This document shows, piece by piece, positions 37,246-49,299 of a stretch of DNA of 64,000 nt (position 1 is its first letter; the number at the start of each line of letters is the position of its first letter). This DNA comes from Psammoneis japonica (taxonomy: Eukaryota). The stretch is from the NCBI GenBank assembly GCA_008632985.1, contig QPGO01000012.1:496001-560000 (forward strand). The letters run 5' to 3'. The position numbers were made by a program, and so were the translations under genes. A model generated the notes under the pieces. That model worked only from the letters and a program-made list of their open reading frames with translations. It had not been told where the DNA came from and ran no database searches.

Positions 37246-40200
37246 TGTTGGAAATGGTGAATTAAAAGTTCAAACACCAAAATTAGATGGCGTAAAGAAG
37301 ACGTACGCGTCAGCGCTCATGTGCTCCACGTGAAGCAACAACCACAGCCGATGGAAGCAGTCATTGTTCTCTTTTAACTCCCAGAAAGCATTGTGATGAC
37401 AAGCTTGTCTATTTTGGCCTCAGGATCAGACCTTGGAGGACTGAGGTGGCTCTGGAACAGTCACCAGAAGGATGAATTGCAACAGTTAAAAGAGAACAAT
37501 CCAGCTGAGAGCTGTGAAAAGAAAGCAAGAAAGAAAAGAGTCATTCTCACGGTGTGTGAGACATTTTGCTGCTTTGCCTTTTTGTCATGAGTGGAAGAGG
37601 CAGAGGTGGAACTGGCGACAGAAGCCAAGGAAGAGGACCCTCAGGAAGGGGAAACAAGAGTGGCAAGCAAAGCCACAAGGGCATCAATGATTGTGTCCAC
37701 TGTGTTGGAAGTGCCAAGCAAGCATCTGATTTTCAGATTGCTGCTGAGTTCATCATCAACTACATCAAGAAGACTTGTGAGTTTGGAAATGACATTGCAG
37801 CTGCACTCAACACTTGCACTCCATGTGACATGAGTTCTAAGAAGCCGACTTTGCAGGTCAGCTTGACTGGAGATGACAAGGTGGACGTGCCATTGAACAA
37901 ACAGCATGAAATTGAGTTCAAGACAGAATTTGATGCTCACATTAAGAGGGCCCAAACTTGTGAGAACAACCTTGTCAAGGCTCATGCTTTGCTCTGGGAG
38001 AGATGCTCCAAGGCCATGAAGAACAAGATTCAAGCAAGAACCGAGTTCCAAACCAAAATTGAAAACGATCCCATCGAATTGCTCAAGGCCATTAAGGAGC
38101 ATGCATTGAACTGCCAAGAGCACAGGTGTGACATGGCTGTCATCTCAGATTCAATGAGAGCGGTGCTGGAAACCAAGCAGAAGGAGAAGGAGAGTCTCCA
38201 AGATTGCACCAAGAGATTCAGGGTTGCAAGGGACATCATGAAGTCTCACATTGGAGGACCAATTGTCCTCACCAAGGCAGTGCAAGGCATGTCACAATGC
38301 GACGAGCACAATGCGGATTCTATCAAGAAGTGTCAAGAAAAGGCGTTCAGCCAATTGATGGGTTACATGCACTTGGAGAATGCAGACCAGCGCAAGTGCG
38401 GATCAATTCTAACAGGATTGAACACTCAGCAGTCCCTCAAGAACGACCAATGTCCCAAGTCCATTACGGAAGCCAACACGGTGTTGAGCAACCACAGTTT
38501 TGACTGCGTTGGTCAGCCTGACAACTGCCGCAACAGGAACAATCAAAACAACAACTCTGACTCCAAGAAACAAGAAGAAAACCAAGAAATCACACTGTCC
38601 TTTGCTCAGCTAGAAGGCAAGTGTTGCTGCTGTGGCAAGGCCGGACACAATTCCAACAAGTGCTGGGAAAGGCAAGGAAAACCTCAAGCAGAATGGGCCA
38701 TCAACAAGGCCAAAGCTGAGCAAGAAGCAAGCAATGCTCAGGCGAGTGAAGATGCCAGTGCAGCCAACTCTTCTGCCAAAGAATCCACTGGAACAAAATC
38801 CACTGTTTCAGGATGGGCTGGCATGCACATCGATGCATCTCTCTGCCAGGATCAACATGGCAGCATGAGAGACTGGATTTTATTGAACAACCAGTCCACA
38901 ACCACAATCTTGTGCAATGAGAAGCTCGTTGCAGACATCTGTCCATCGGATGAAGCCATGCATTTGCACACCAATGGCGGAGTCCCAGTCATGACACACA
39001 AGGCTGCGGCGCCAGGGTTTGGTGAGACTTGGTTTAACCCAGATGCAATCACCAACATTTTTGCTCATTCTGACATGAAGAAGAAACACAGAATCACAAG
39101 TGATTCTAAGCAAGACAATGCATTCACCGTTCATCTCCCCAACAAGAAGGTCAGGTTCGAGGAGGACGGAAAAGGGCTGCACGTTTGCAAGCCCAAGACA
39201 AATGACACTGGAATTCAGCTCCAATTTGTGCAGAGTGTGGAAGAGAACAAGAAGTTCTACACTCCACGACAGTTCGAGAAAGTCAAGAGGGCCAGGGAAT
39301 TGTTGCATGCGTTGGGAAACCCAACCGTGAACGATCTGAAGGCCATCATTTGCATGAACAGCATCAAGAACAATCCCGTCACAATGGAGGATGTAGATTT
39401 GGCCGAGAAGATTTTTGGACCAGACATTGGAAGTCTAAAAGGCAAGGTCACAAGGCAGAAGCCGGCACCAGTTGTAGAAGACTGCGTGGAGATCCCGAAG
39501 GAGCTCATTGCAGCGCAACACAAGGTCACTCTTTGCCTGGACGGTCTCAAGGTGAATGGATTGCCATTCCTCACCACAGTGTCACGAAACATTTTTTATC
39601 GCATGGCACAACCGCTCAAGGACTTGACCCAACCCACTCATCAAGAAGCTCTGGAAGATGTGCTGCGAGTCTACAACAAGGCCGATTTGAAGGTCACACG
39701 CATTCGTTGCGACAACGAATTCAGGCCCATTGGGAGTGCACTAAAAGACAAGTTTGATCTCAAGATGAACTGCGCAAATGCTCAAGAGCATGTCCCAGAA
39801 GCTGAAAGAAACAACCGAGTTGTTCAAGAACGTGCCAGGGCCGTCTGTCATCAGCTGCCGTTCAAGCATCTGCCAAAACTCATGGTCGAAGTCATGGTCA
39901 CCGAAGCTGCTGAGAAGCTCAATTATTTTCCAGCCAAGCACGGCGTTTCCAAACATTGCAGTCCGAGAATGATTCTCCATCAAAAGAATCTAGACTGTGA
40001 CAAGAGCTGCAAGATCACGTTCGGCACTTGTGTGCAAGCTCACAATGACCCGGACCCCAAGAACACCCAAGAGTCACGGACCTTGGATTGCATTCATTTG
40101 CACCCCACCGACAGCAACCAGATTGGACATGAGTTGCTGCACTTGCAAACTGGCAAGAAGATCACTCGTCGCAAGGTCACCCTTGTGCCCATCACTCCCG

Positions 40201-42880
40201 CCATCACAAAGCAGGTTCATTGTTTGGCTGAAATGAACAAGATGCCCAACGGCCTCAAGATTCAGAACCACACTGGAACTGTTTTGTGCGACAGTGCTTG
40301 GCTTGCAGGAGTGGATTGTGATGAAGATCAATTTGAAGACAAAGATTGTGATCTAGAAGAAGACACTGAAACTGAAGACGATGAGGAAGAAGAGCCAGAC
40401 TGGGGAGACTGCGACAGAGTTAGTCAAGAAGAGCTGCAAGACATAACTCAAGAACAAGAATTGGATGAAGAAGCCAGCTGCATCAGCGAAGAACAAGACG
40501 AGACTCAAGAAGAAACCTCCAATGATGAGGATCTCGGAGACAATGACAAAGTTGGTTCTCAACCGTCAGACGGCAGCGGAATTTCACAAGAAATCGACGA
40601 CATGATTGACCACATTGATGAACAACAGAGGCTGGAACAAGAGAAGGAACACTCTTCGGAAGTGCAAGAGATCATCGACGAAATGAAAGACCTGGAATCT
40701 GATGACGAATCTGGAGAGGAGCAGAGTGAAACCGAAGAAAGTGTTCAAGAAGAGCCTGTTGCTGCGTCCAGGGCAGGAAGGACTCTGAAACCTCCAGTTA
40801 GATTGGGAGACCACCAATGCCATCTACAGACTCAAGCTCATTCACAAGAAGAAGAGTGCAGCTTAGAAACGGCCAGAATCATGGCCGCGACAATGTGTCA
40901 GTGGAACGAGAAGGTCAGCACGATTTCCACTGATGAAGAAGCACATCATTTCATTCAGACTTGCAGCTTGGCACGAGGACTCCAGAAGTTTGGAGAAGAA
41001 GGCCACAAGTCGGCAGTGTCAGAGCTGAAGCAAATCCATGTAGAGTGGTTTTCAAACCCATTCACATCAATGACATGACTCCTCTGGAGAGGAAGAGAGC
41101 CATGGAGAGCCTCATGTTTCTCACAGAGAAGAGAGATGGACGAATCAAGTCAAGGTTGTGTGCAAACGGAAGCACGCAACGAGAGCACATGGACCAAGAC
41201 CAAGCCGCCAGTCCGACAGCATCCACAGAATCTGTTCTCGTTGCAGGAGTGATTGATGCCAAGCAAGGCAGAGACGTTGTGACAGCGGACATCCCGAACG
41301 CATTTGTGCAAACGGACATCGAGGTCAAGGATGAAAAGATCATCATGAAGATCCGTGGAAGGATGGTGGACATGTTGCTGGAATTGGATCCAGACACTTG
41401 CCAGGACTGCATCGTGTGTGAAGGCAAACACAAGGTTCTCTACGTTGAAATGTTGAAGGCGCTCTGCGGAATGCTGGTGTCCTCCATTCTTTGTCACAAG
41501 AAGTTCCGCAGAGACATCGAAGGAATCGGATTTGAGGTTGATCCTTGTGATCCATGTGTCGCCAACCGCATCGTGAATGGAAAACAACACACGGTGACAT
41601 GGCATGTGGACGATTTAAAGTCCAGTCACGTTGGCAGCAAGGTCAACGATGAATTCAAGATTTGGTTGGACAAAACTCACGCGGATGAGATCGGAAAGGT
41701 CAAATGCACGCGTGGAAAGAGGCACGACTGTCTAGCCACGACTCTAGATTGCTCCATTCCAGGAGCACTGCAAGTTGACATGGTGCTTTATGTGCAAGGA
41801 ATGGCCAAGGAATTCTTCAAGGAATTCCCAGAAGAATTGTCGGGTGACGTGGATTGCCCGTGGAGCGAGAAGCTCAACAAGGTGGATGAGACAGCCAAGA
41901 AATTAGATCTCAAGCATGCTCGAGCATTTTGCACTTTTGTGATGAAGGGCATGTTTGTGTGCAAGAGAGCCAGACAGGACATTCAGCCTGGCATTGCTTT
42001 TCTCTCCACCAGGGTCAAGGATCCGAACGAATCGGATTGGCCAAAGCTGGTGAGGCTCATGAATTTCCTCAAGACAACCCAGCTTGATGTCACAGTCATG
42101 TTGGCTGGAGACAAAGTCATCATCGAGTGGCACACGGATGCCGCATTCGCAGTCCATCCGGACTGTAAAAGTCACACAGGTTCTGCCATGACCCTTGGAA
42201 AAGGTGTCATTACATCAGTCAGCACGAAGCAGAAGATCAACACCAGGAGTTCTACAGAAGCAGAGATCGTCGCAGGAGATGATGTTTTGGCAAAGGTCCT
42301 TTGGACCACGCATTTTGTTGAAGCTCAAGGTTTTGAAGTCGAGCGCAACATCATGCATCGAGACAATCAAAGTTGCATGAAACTAGAACAAAATGGAAAG
42401 GCCAGCTCGGGCAAACGCACGAGACATTTCAACATCAAGTGTTTTTACATCACTGACCTCATCAAGCCAGGAGAACTTGAGATCAAGTTCTGCCCAACGG
42501 ACAAGATGATGGCAGATTACATGACCAAACCAGTGGTTGGTAAAAAGTTCATTGTTGATCGTCAAGCCATCATGAACATCCAAGTGCCTGAGATGGTCAA
42601 ATTTGGAAATGGCAAGAATCTTGTCATTGGTCAGCAGGAGTGTGTTGGAAATGGTGAATTAAAAATTCAAACACCAAAATTAGATGGCGTGAAGAAGACG
42701 TACGCGTCAGCGCTCATGTGCTCCACGTGAAGCAACAAAACAGCCGATGAAAGCAGTCATCATTCTCTTTTAACTCTTAGAAAGTATTGTGATAACAAGC
42801 TTGTCTATTTTAGCCTCAGGATCAGACCTTAGAGGACTGAGGTGGCTCTGGAATAGTCGCCAGAAGGATGAATTACAACA
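37246..42880 (+). mobile_element. Inner full-length Ty1/copia (CoDi-like) element nested in the same family, TSD GTGTC
   Basis: LTRs 37246-37484 and 42643-42880; GTGTC on both sides; gag-Zn knuckle-protease-integrase ORF 37566-41078 (RCDNEF, HVPEAERNNR); RT/RNase H ORF 40961-42730 (DIPNAF, WHVDDL, TRSSTEAE); 1-nt deletion frameshift near 41040; PPT agcaggag. Confidence 0.96.
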
Positions 42881-44448
42881 GTGTCAGAGCTGAAGCAAAT
42901 CCATGACAGAGTGGTTTTCAAACCCATTCACATCAATGACATGACTCCTCTGGAGAGGAAGAGAGCCATGGAGAGCCTCATGTTTCTCACAGAGAAGAGA
43001 GATGGACGAATCAAGTCAAGGTTGTGTGCAAACGGAAGCACGCAACGAGAGTGCATGGACCGAGACGAAACCGCCAGTCCGACAGCATCCACAGAATCCA
43101 TTCTCATTGCAGGCAAGGTTTTGAAGTCGAGCGTAACATCATGCATCGAGACAACCAAAGTTGCATGAAACCAGAACAAAATGGAAAGGCCAGCTCGGGC
43201 AAACGCACGAGACATTTCAACATCAAGCATTTTTACATCACTGACCTCATCAAGCGAGGAGAACTTGAGATTAAGTTCTGCCCAACAGACAAGATGATGG
43301 CAGATTACATGACCAAACCAGCGGTTGGTAAAAAGTTCATTGTTGATCGTCAAGCCATCATGAACATCCAAGTGCCTAAGATGGTCAAATTTGGAAATGG
43401 CAAGAATCTTGTCATTGGTCAGCAGGAGTGTGTTGGAAATGGTGAATTAAAAGTTCAAACACCAAAATTAGATAGCGTGAAGAAGACGTACGCGTCAGCG
43501 CTCATGTGCTCCACGTGAAGCAACAAAACAGCCGATGGAAGCCGTCATTATTCTCTTTTAACTCTTAGAAAGTATTGTGATAACAAGCTTGTCTATTTTA
43601 GCCTCAGGATCAGACCTTAGAGGACTGAGGTGGCTCTGGAACAGTCACCAGAAGGATAAATTACAACACCTTCGGGCTTTGGCAACCAGCCCTTGCTTGC
43701 TCCTTTGGGCTTTGGGGCAGCAACAAGCATCATGTGCGAGTGCTTGGCTTTGACAAATCCCGTCAACTGTGCCCAGAAGAGCAACAGGAGCTGCGCAGAC
43801 AATTGTGGTCAATTGCCCGGAAGCCTTGTCAAGTGTGGCCCAATCAGAAAAATGATCAGAACAACTTGCCTTTGGCTTTGACAAGTCCCATCAACTGCAG
43901 TGGTCTACTCAGCAGAGACAGTTGTGGTGGTTCCCAACACAACTGCCAGGAAGCCAGACAAGTGTGATCAGAAGTTCAACAAGAAAAATGATCAGAACAA
44001 CTGCCACCGACTTTTTGCTCTTCGAGGTCCTGAGATGAGCATTTCTTTTGTTACAAAAGTGTGATGAGTCACAGAGCGTACACTCTTGTTGAGCAATTGG
44101 CAGTGCCAGACAACTCCCAAATGTGCCCATTGGGCTCAGTGTGCAAGAAGAAGGAGGAGTCCATGCAGATCCCAGGGAAAAGAGTCTAATCTTCCAAGCA
44201 TTGCTGACATTGAGTGGCAACAGCAGGCATGTCAGCATGCTTACAGGAAGTTCTGATGTTCGAGCCTTTAAGAAAAACTCTTTGTGAGCTTCCGGACTTG
44301 TCAAAAACATGATTTCAAAATTTTCAAGAGATCAACAGAGTGCTCAGAATGCCAGGGGTTGGAATTGGGGGGGGGGGGGGGGAATGGCCCTCTCAAAATC
44401 TTCAGGAGTCCCAAAATTAGATGCAGAACCTGAAAATAGTCAAGCTGA

Positions 44449-45297
44449 GGCTCGGTCTACAGGTGAACCGAGCCGGATCGGATCGCCGGATCGACTCCTT
44501 CATAACCCATTAAAATGTTAGTCCATCGAGTCAAAAAGTCGATCCGTGGCCTTCGTGGGACTGATCCGCCATCTCGGATCGGACGGTCTTCGGAGCAAAA
44601 TATTTTGCTCCGAAGACCGTCCGATCCGAAAATCCGGATCGGATGTCGGATCCAATTTTGAAGATTCCGTGCCGTCATCACGACAATAGCACAACATCAC
44701 ACGATTATGACACAGAACGGCATAAGATTCAGCCATAAGGGCAAGGAACATTCTGAGCATTATAGTCAAAGTCTTCCCATGCTCGAAATGACGATGAGAA
44801 AGGTCGCATGGCAATAGAATAGCTTGTCAAACCGATAATGCCGTATAGATTTGTTGGAGAAACATTGAATAAGCAAAATAACAAGTATTTATTATTGAAT
44901 TCGAAATTTCAATACGAAAACATTTGCATTAGTTTCCTAATTACAAAAGTGATAGCTTTTTCTTCCTTAGCGTTGCTGCGAACACTGAGTGACAACGATT
45001 CTCAATGATGCGGTCTCATATGTATGTATAGCAGTAATAACAGTATGGTTCTGTCGTCATATCGTCACGTTATGACAAGATGTGAAGCATCATGGCCACA
45101 CTTCTTGTTGTTCGCTGTTGTCAGCGCTTTGTTGTTCTTGGGAGTTTGGAATCTTGAAACTTATGTCGTTTTGCGACTCACATCAAAATGTCGAATCCGA
45201 TCCGCGATCCGATCCGGTTCCACCTGTCGACTAACGGAATTCTGACGCGATCCGATCCGTCGATCCGATCCGGCGCGGTTCACCTGTAGACCGAGCC
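44449..45297. mobile_element. PIF/Harbinger (Tourist-like) MITE, 849 bp, 3-bp TSD TGA
   Basis: TIR ggctcggtctacaggtgaaccg / cggttcacctgtagaccgagcc; TGA on both flanks; subterminal GATCC/GGATC repeats; no coding capacity. Confidence 0.85.
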
Positions 45298-45712
45298 TGA
45301 AAGCAGAGGTACATTTACAATGGCCATGATTGCTTCTTGCTCATTTTAAAGCTGCACCAATTCCAGAAATGCATCCCTTAAATCAACTTTTCATGTGCAT
45401 TTTCAGTTCTTTTATTTTCATCTCTCGTGTGCACAAATTATCCATTTTTAGCACTTTATGAATGCATTTTGTTCACTGCTTTGAAGCAGCACCAATTCTT
45501 TTCATGCGTTCTTTGATTTGCATCTGTCAAATGCGTTTGTTTATAATCACTTTAGCCAATAAAATGGCTGTCACACCTTTGCTGTAAAGGGTTCAAAGGC
45601 CATGGTCCAGGTGACGGCAAGGTGTTTTTGTGCGTCGCTCGCTTCGTCTTGGAGTTTTTTCATCTGTCATATCTTTGTTGTTTTTATCTCTCAAACATGC
45701 AAATTATCTTTT

Positions 45713-45962
45713 ACATGCAAATTATCAGCACCAATTCCATCAAAATTACAAATAGAAGGATAATTATGATCGACTTTTCATGCAAATTTTCGGTTCTTTG
45801 AATTTTATCTCTCGCACGCCCAAATTAGCCTTTTTCAGTCACATGCAAATTAGCAGCACCAATTCCAGCAAAATTACAAATAGAAGGATAATTATGATCG
45901 ACTTTTTGTGCAAATTTTCGGTTCTTTGAATTTTGTCTCTCGCACACACAAATTAGCTTTTT
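45713..45962 (+). repeat. Tandem duplication, period 128 bp
   Basis: acatgcaaatta..cagcaccaattcca..aaaattacaaatagaaggataattatgatcgac starts at 45713 and at 45841. Confidence 0.9.
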
Positions 45963-48900
45963 CTTTAGTGCTTTCATCAAATTAACTCTTTACGAACATT
46001 ATTACAAATCTATTTTTTATGCAAATTATTTCTAACCCTAACCCTAACCTTAATAAAAGGTGCAAGCTCCAACAAGCTCTCATATTTTCATAACGCATGA
46101 ACAACCAAAGATGAGCATTATACGAGTTTCTTATAACATATGAGCTTTCATATAAATTGTTTCGGTCGTACCCGTACCACCATTGTAGCTCCTGCTATGG
46201 ATTGGACCCAATGTCTGAGGTACTAATTATCAGCTTAAGGCCGCAAACCCCGTTCTGTTTTTAGCTCAAATCAGACCTAAATAGTCCGTGATTCTTGGGC
46301 AAAAATGTATTCGCTGCAAAGCCCTTTGTTTTTTAGCTCGAATCTTACCCCCGTGATTTCCAGCCAAAATGTTATTCGCCGCACTTACAGTGCGACAGCC
46401 ATGGCGACTTTAAATGATCCAGGCTAGTGCATTGGAGACGGGACGGCCTTCTCTCTTTGGTGTAGCATTTCTGTTGCAAATGCGTACAAGGCCGCCCCAC
46501 TACATTTTCAAGAATAAGCCATAAGTTAAATGTTCTTTTTTTTATAAAAGATATTCAGACAAGGCAAAGAAACACTACAAAAACTCAAGAAACTTCTTTC
46601 CTGAACCTATCAGTATTTCAGAATTATCACAAGACAGCAATTCAAAGCATAGAGTGAAGTATTTCCGATTGTTGTAGCAAGGTAGATTGCGAACTGTTCA
46701 AATCAGAATACTTCTGTCTAAAAATCAAGGCACCTTTCTGTGAATTATTGGCATAATACGAATCATTGTCAAGTGCCATTACTATTTTAAATGAGCAGGA
46801 ACACTCTGGAAAAAGGTCGCTCATTATATTTCTCCAAGAGCGCGCGCATATTGTGTAATCTTGCTCCATCCTTAATAAAGTATTGCTCTTTCAGTGTGCG
46901 GTGTAAACACGTTATCACACAAAAGTGTCATTCTGTTGCTTTCTTTCTACTTGATGCCATTGTTTTCCCATTGTATTTGTCGCATGTATATTGCTGACTA
47001 CAAAAAATAATGCGAGAAAAATGCTGACTAGCCAATCTGTCAAATCAGCCTAAGATGGGTATTTTCGGATTATTATACTCTTTAGTCTGCCAATTCTTTG
47101 TGCTGACGCAATATTCGGTTATTAGACTGTGTAGGCGTGTGTGCGTGTGAGGTGTAAGTAGAATATGTAGAATTACCACTGAGTGAGCTCAAACGTGCGA
47201 AATTGATGCTACCGGTGCGAAACCGCCGTGCAGTACCGGCCTACTGTACAGCACATGCTGTACGTACTACGACTACTACTTTCACTGTATGTAGGTATCA
47301 GTACAAAGTAAATCCAACGGAAATAAGGTGTTCATAGCCGTTTGCGACAAACAACACAATCGCAACCATCGCACCATGGTGACACTAACGACGATTTCTC
47401 TACGACAATACTTTCAATAAACCCAATATTCTAATGAAAGACATATGATGCAAACTTATACACGAAAATGATGAAAGTTCCAGCGGAATAGGCTTGGGGG
47501 GGGGGGGGGNGGGGTGCGGGGACTAACAAGGAACAGTGTCATGCAACAACATTTTGTCTTTTGTTGATATGTGCTATAATATTAACATTTATTGTTCCAA
47601 GCCAAAAATGCGTCGAACGGATCATCAGCAAGTGCCGGCATTAGACCATCTTTATGTTGTCGTCACTCGTCACAGCGCCGTGCGTGGTCGTGCCAACACG
47701 GATTTTTTGTTTTTTGTACATGTTTGAGCAATTGCTCAAACTTGAGCAATCTCGAATTGAGCATTTGCTCAAAGTTGCGGCAACCAAGTTTGAGCAAATG
47801 GTGGATGCAAGTTCGAGCAATTGCTCAAACTTTCGGTTGGAAAAGCCAAGACTGGAACTCTCAATCATGACCGTTCGCTCAGCTATCCGTTGTGATTGCG
47901 CTCATGCGCGCGTTTGAGCAGTTTTCCCGCATGCTGCTGGCAACACCAGCACCACCTATTTCATTACCATCAAACGAGTGTTGAGCAACTTTGACAGTGG
48001 GGCAACACTGAGAGCAAAAACAAGCAAATCATCTATTCGAAGGGCCAGACAACGAGTTGTGATCATAATATGGTACAGGTAGAAAATTAATGCAAAAGAA
48101 AAAAAGCTTTCTGAGAGATTTTGTTTGTGTCATGACCACTGCTAAATTTCCCAATAAATACCACCTTTTACCGTCCGCACAACCACAAAAAAATGAGCGC
48201 AGTCATGTGGACAACACGTGTTAGAGGAATAAAGTTGTAAGAAGAAGCCGGCATCAGAACAGGGCCGCACCGCACTGTCTGAATTCCCAGTGCTAATGCA
48301 ACCGATTTTTGAAACTACTGTGTCCTTACAAAGCAAGAAACAAAAGCTAAACAGAAGAATGAGCAATGAAGATACTTACATGCTTGCCTTGGCTAAGTGC
48401 AACTAATTCATTGCAAGATTCTAACTTGTTATACTGATGAAAGGTCGTTTTCGACGCTACATCCCCCATGGGGCATTTTTTTGTACCAAGCGACAGTTGT
48501 TTGACAACTGAAGATGCCTTTTAAGACAATTTACGATTTTCTGAAGATGAGTAGGCGATTTTCTGAAGATGGTTCGGTGACAGTCGTACAATGATCAGCG
48601 AACCCGCAATAGCTGTGCGTATGCGGAATTTTGGAATGTATTGTTTTTATAGTTGACGCCAATTGTTACTTGCTGACATCCTCTCGCTCCAGTTGTATGT
48701 GGGACAGCTGTCCTTGCTCGTGAAAGCGTGGTCACGGGGCAGTTCCTGGACTCTTGACATTATCCACTTTACGGGGAATTTTTGGCTGTCCTTCTCTTTT
48801 TTGCGAAATGTCTAACTTAAGCACTTTTTCAGTTCTAATCTTATTATTATTTTTTGCTTTTTTCGCTGTGAGGATTGAAAGGTTGCTTTGCAATACACCT

Positions 48901-49299
48901 CGAGAATTTGAGAAAGCTCTTTTGAAAATTGGAGTGTCGTGGGACCATCGAGCAGCGATTCGAGTTCTGGATACAGAATGGCAAGTAGAGGGGAAGAATC
49001 ATAGTCCAATTGACATGAGGTAGTGTCAAAGATACTTTTACAATTGCCATGCTTGTCCTATCCGAGGAAAGCATGGAGTTGGGCCTCAACGGTTGCCCAA
49101 ACCCAAACCGAAAACCGCGAAGGCGCGTACTTTTTAACTGTACCGCTAACCATGTTCTATGTTCGTTTTCCTTTTATCTCTCTCCGTTGTTAGCACGAGA
49201 TCTGGTCCTCTCTAGCCAGAGGAAATTTCAGAAATCTGGTCCCGTGATGTACTGGCAGCATAGACCAGATGGAGAACGTTTGGCATTTTTAGGTGGGAC

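Larger units (their letters stand above)
35181..43668 (+). mobile_element. Outer non-autonomous copia deletion derivative (LTR 35181-35418, LTR 43431-43668), TSD CCTTC
   Basis: 238-bp TG...CA LTRs; CCTTC at 35176-35180 and 43669-43673; gag start 35419-35873; foreign insert 35874-37232; RT/RNase H remnant 42881-43430 with about 1.1 kb deleted at 43113. Confidence 0.92.

Noticed and set aside
41598..41615. WHVDD as a mutated YVDD
   Set aside because: HVDD may be native in this diatom copia lineage, so it was not used as evidence.
44..42730. Alternative genetic code (TGY/CAY read as Tyr)
   Set aside because: Neighbouring genes use TAY normally, non-coding LTRs and TIRs show the same change, and sister copies differ at the same codon.
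35181..43668. ADAR-like RNA editing or RT error as the cause
   Set aside because: TG and CA outcomes are mixed within single copies, paired LTRs differ, and non-retro sequences are also affected.
42881..43668. Assembly duplication of the element's 3' end
   Set aside because: Independent substitutions, its own deletion and two consistent TSDs (GTGTC, CCTTC) support true nesting.
1..44448. Classical RIP or CpG methylation decay as the explanation of the composition
   Set aside because: Both are C->T processes. RIP would enrich TpA and stop codons and CpG decay does not remove TpA; here TpA is lost while CpG persists in young copies.
46032..46049. True telomere
   Set aside because: Only about three units, internal, with genes further along.
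47495..47521. Poly-G tract with an N as a functional G-quadruplex
   Set aside because: Homopolymer with an ambiguous base; sequence unreliable and no supporting evidence.
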